NCBI GenBank assembly: GCA_049697655.1
Contig: JBAVWD010000472.1
Coordinates: 1-57,165 of the forward strand
Reading direction: 5' to 3'
Length of the DNA stretch: 57,165 bases
Origin: Anaerolineae bacterium
GTDB lineage: Bacteria; Chloroflexota; Anaerolineae; UBA7937; B3-Chlor
The position numbers and the translations under genes were made by a program. Under the pieces are notes generated by a model, which saw only the letters and a program-made list of their open reading frames with translations, was not told where the DNA came from and ran no database searches. Positions 56,906 through 57,165 of the stretch are shown one piece after another (position 1 is the stretch's first letter; the number at the start of each line of letters is the position of its first letter).

Positions 56906-57165
56906 GTGTCGAGGAAGCAGTGGGTGGTGACGGTGGTGCTGGGGCTGGCTGCGGCCTGCGTTTTCTTCTGTGCTGGCAGCTATCTGGGCCTGTATCTCAC
57001 CGGCGGCGCACCCGACTTGTCGCTGGTGCTCGCCCGGCCTACTGCTGCCCGGTTGGAGGTCCCTTCCGCAACCGCCGCGGGAGAGCTATCTCCTACCCCG
57101 GAGCTCACGAAGACACCAGCCCCTTCGCCCACGGTGAGAGCCGAATCACCTACGCCGGGCAGCAC
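56906..57165 (+). CDS. Signal-anchored protein with a Pro/Thr-rich linker, N-terminal fragment that runs off the window
   Basis: Not in the ORF track. GTG at 56906 lies 5 nt after GGAGG. Translation gives VSRKQWVVTVVLGLAAACVFFCAGSYLGLYL (a TM helix) followed by PSATAAGELSPTPELTKTPAPSPTV. I prefer it over the antisense ORF 56980..57165. Confidence 0.45.
   Translation, partial: MSRKQWVVTVVLGLAAACVFFCAGSYLGLYLTGGAPDLSLVLARPTAARLEVPSATAAGELSPTPELTKTPAPSPTVRAESPTPGS

Overview
This is a chromosomal window made almost entirely of housekeeping genes, from a moderately high-GC bacterium. The synteny looks Terrabacteria-like: rpmB next to asp23-fakA-degV-recG, then coaD-yceD-rpmF-fabD-fabG, asp23-nusB-tatA-tatC, cdaA-cdaR-der, and a full dcw cluster. 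My guess is Chloroflexota, but that is inference only. I call about 55 protein genes, most on the minus strand. In coordinate order they are: a pgeF fragment; a radical SAM gene; an acyl-CoA dehydrogenase with etfBA; nrdR-nrdJ; the division/cell-wall cluster mraZ-rsmH-ftsL-ftsI-murF-mraY-murD-ftsW-murG-(two CvpA-like membrane genes)-murC-murB-ftsQ-ftsA-ftsZ; a TPR/HExxH membrane protein; scpA; an FAH-family hydrolase; argF; a 750-aa TPR protein; cdaA-cdaR-der; a second acyl-CoA dehydrogenase with two DUF35 and two thiolase-like genes; a CPGS-like P-loop gene; tatA and tatC; nusB; asp23; fabG; fabD; rpmF; yceD; coaD; recG; degV; fakA; asp23; rpmB; rlmN; and a zinc peptidase. I found no rRNA, tRNA, CRISPR array, transposase, integrase or phage genes. 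Several near-consensus sigma70-type promoters, tandem NrdR boxes, a GTGGG (MraZ-type) repeat array and one clear intrinsic terminator can be read directly. I did not find a convincing new multi-gene system, and the window looks ordinary. The best leads are: (1) an operon of two thiolase-like proteins that both appear to lack the nucleophilic Cys, paired with two DUF35 zinc-ribbon/OB proteins; (2) a single in-frame TAG splitting rsmH inside the dcw operon; (3) a TatA/B-like module fused to the N-terminus of TatC; (4) two CvpA-like membrane genes translationally coupled between murG and murC, in a dcw cluster that lacks murE; and (5) two unexplained structured intergenic regions with consensus promoters.
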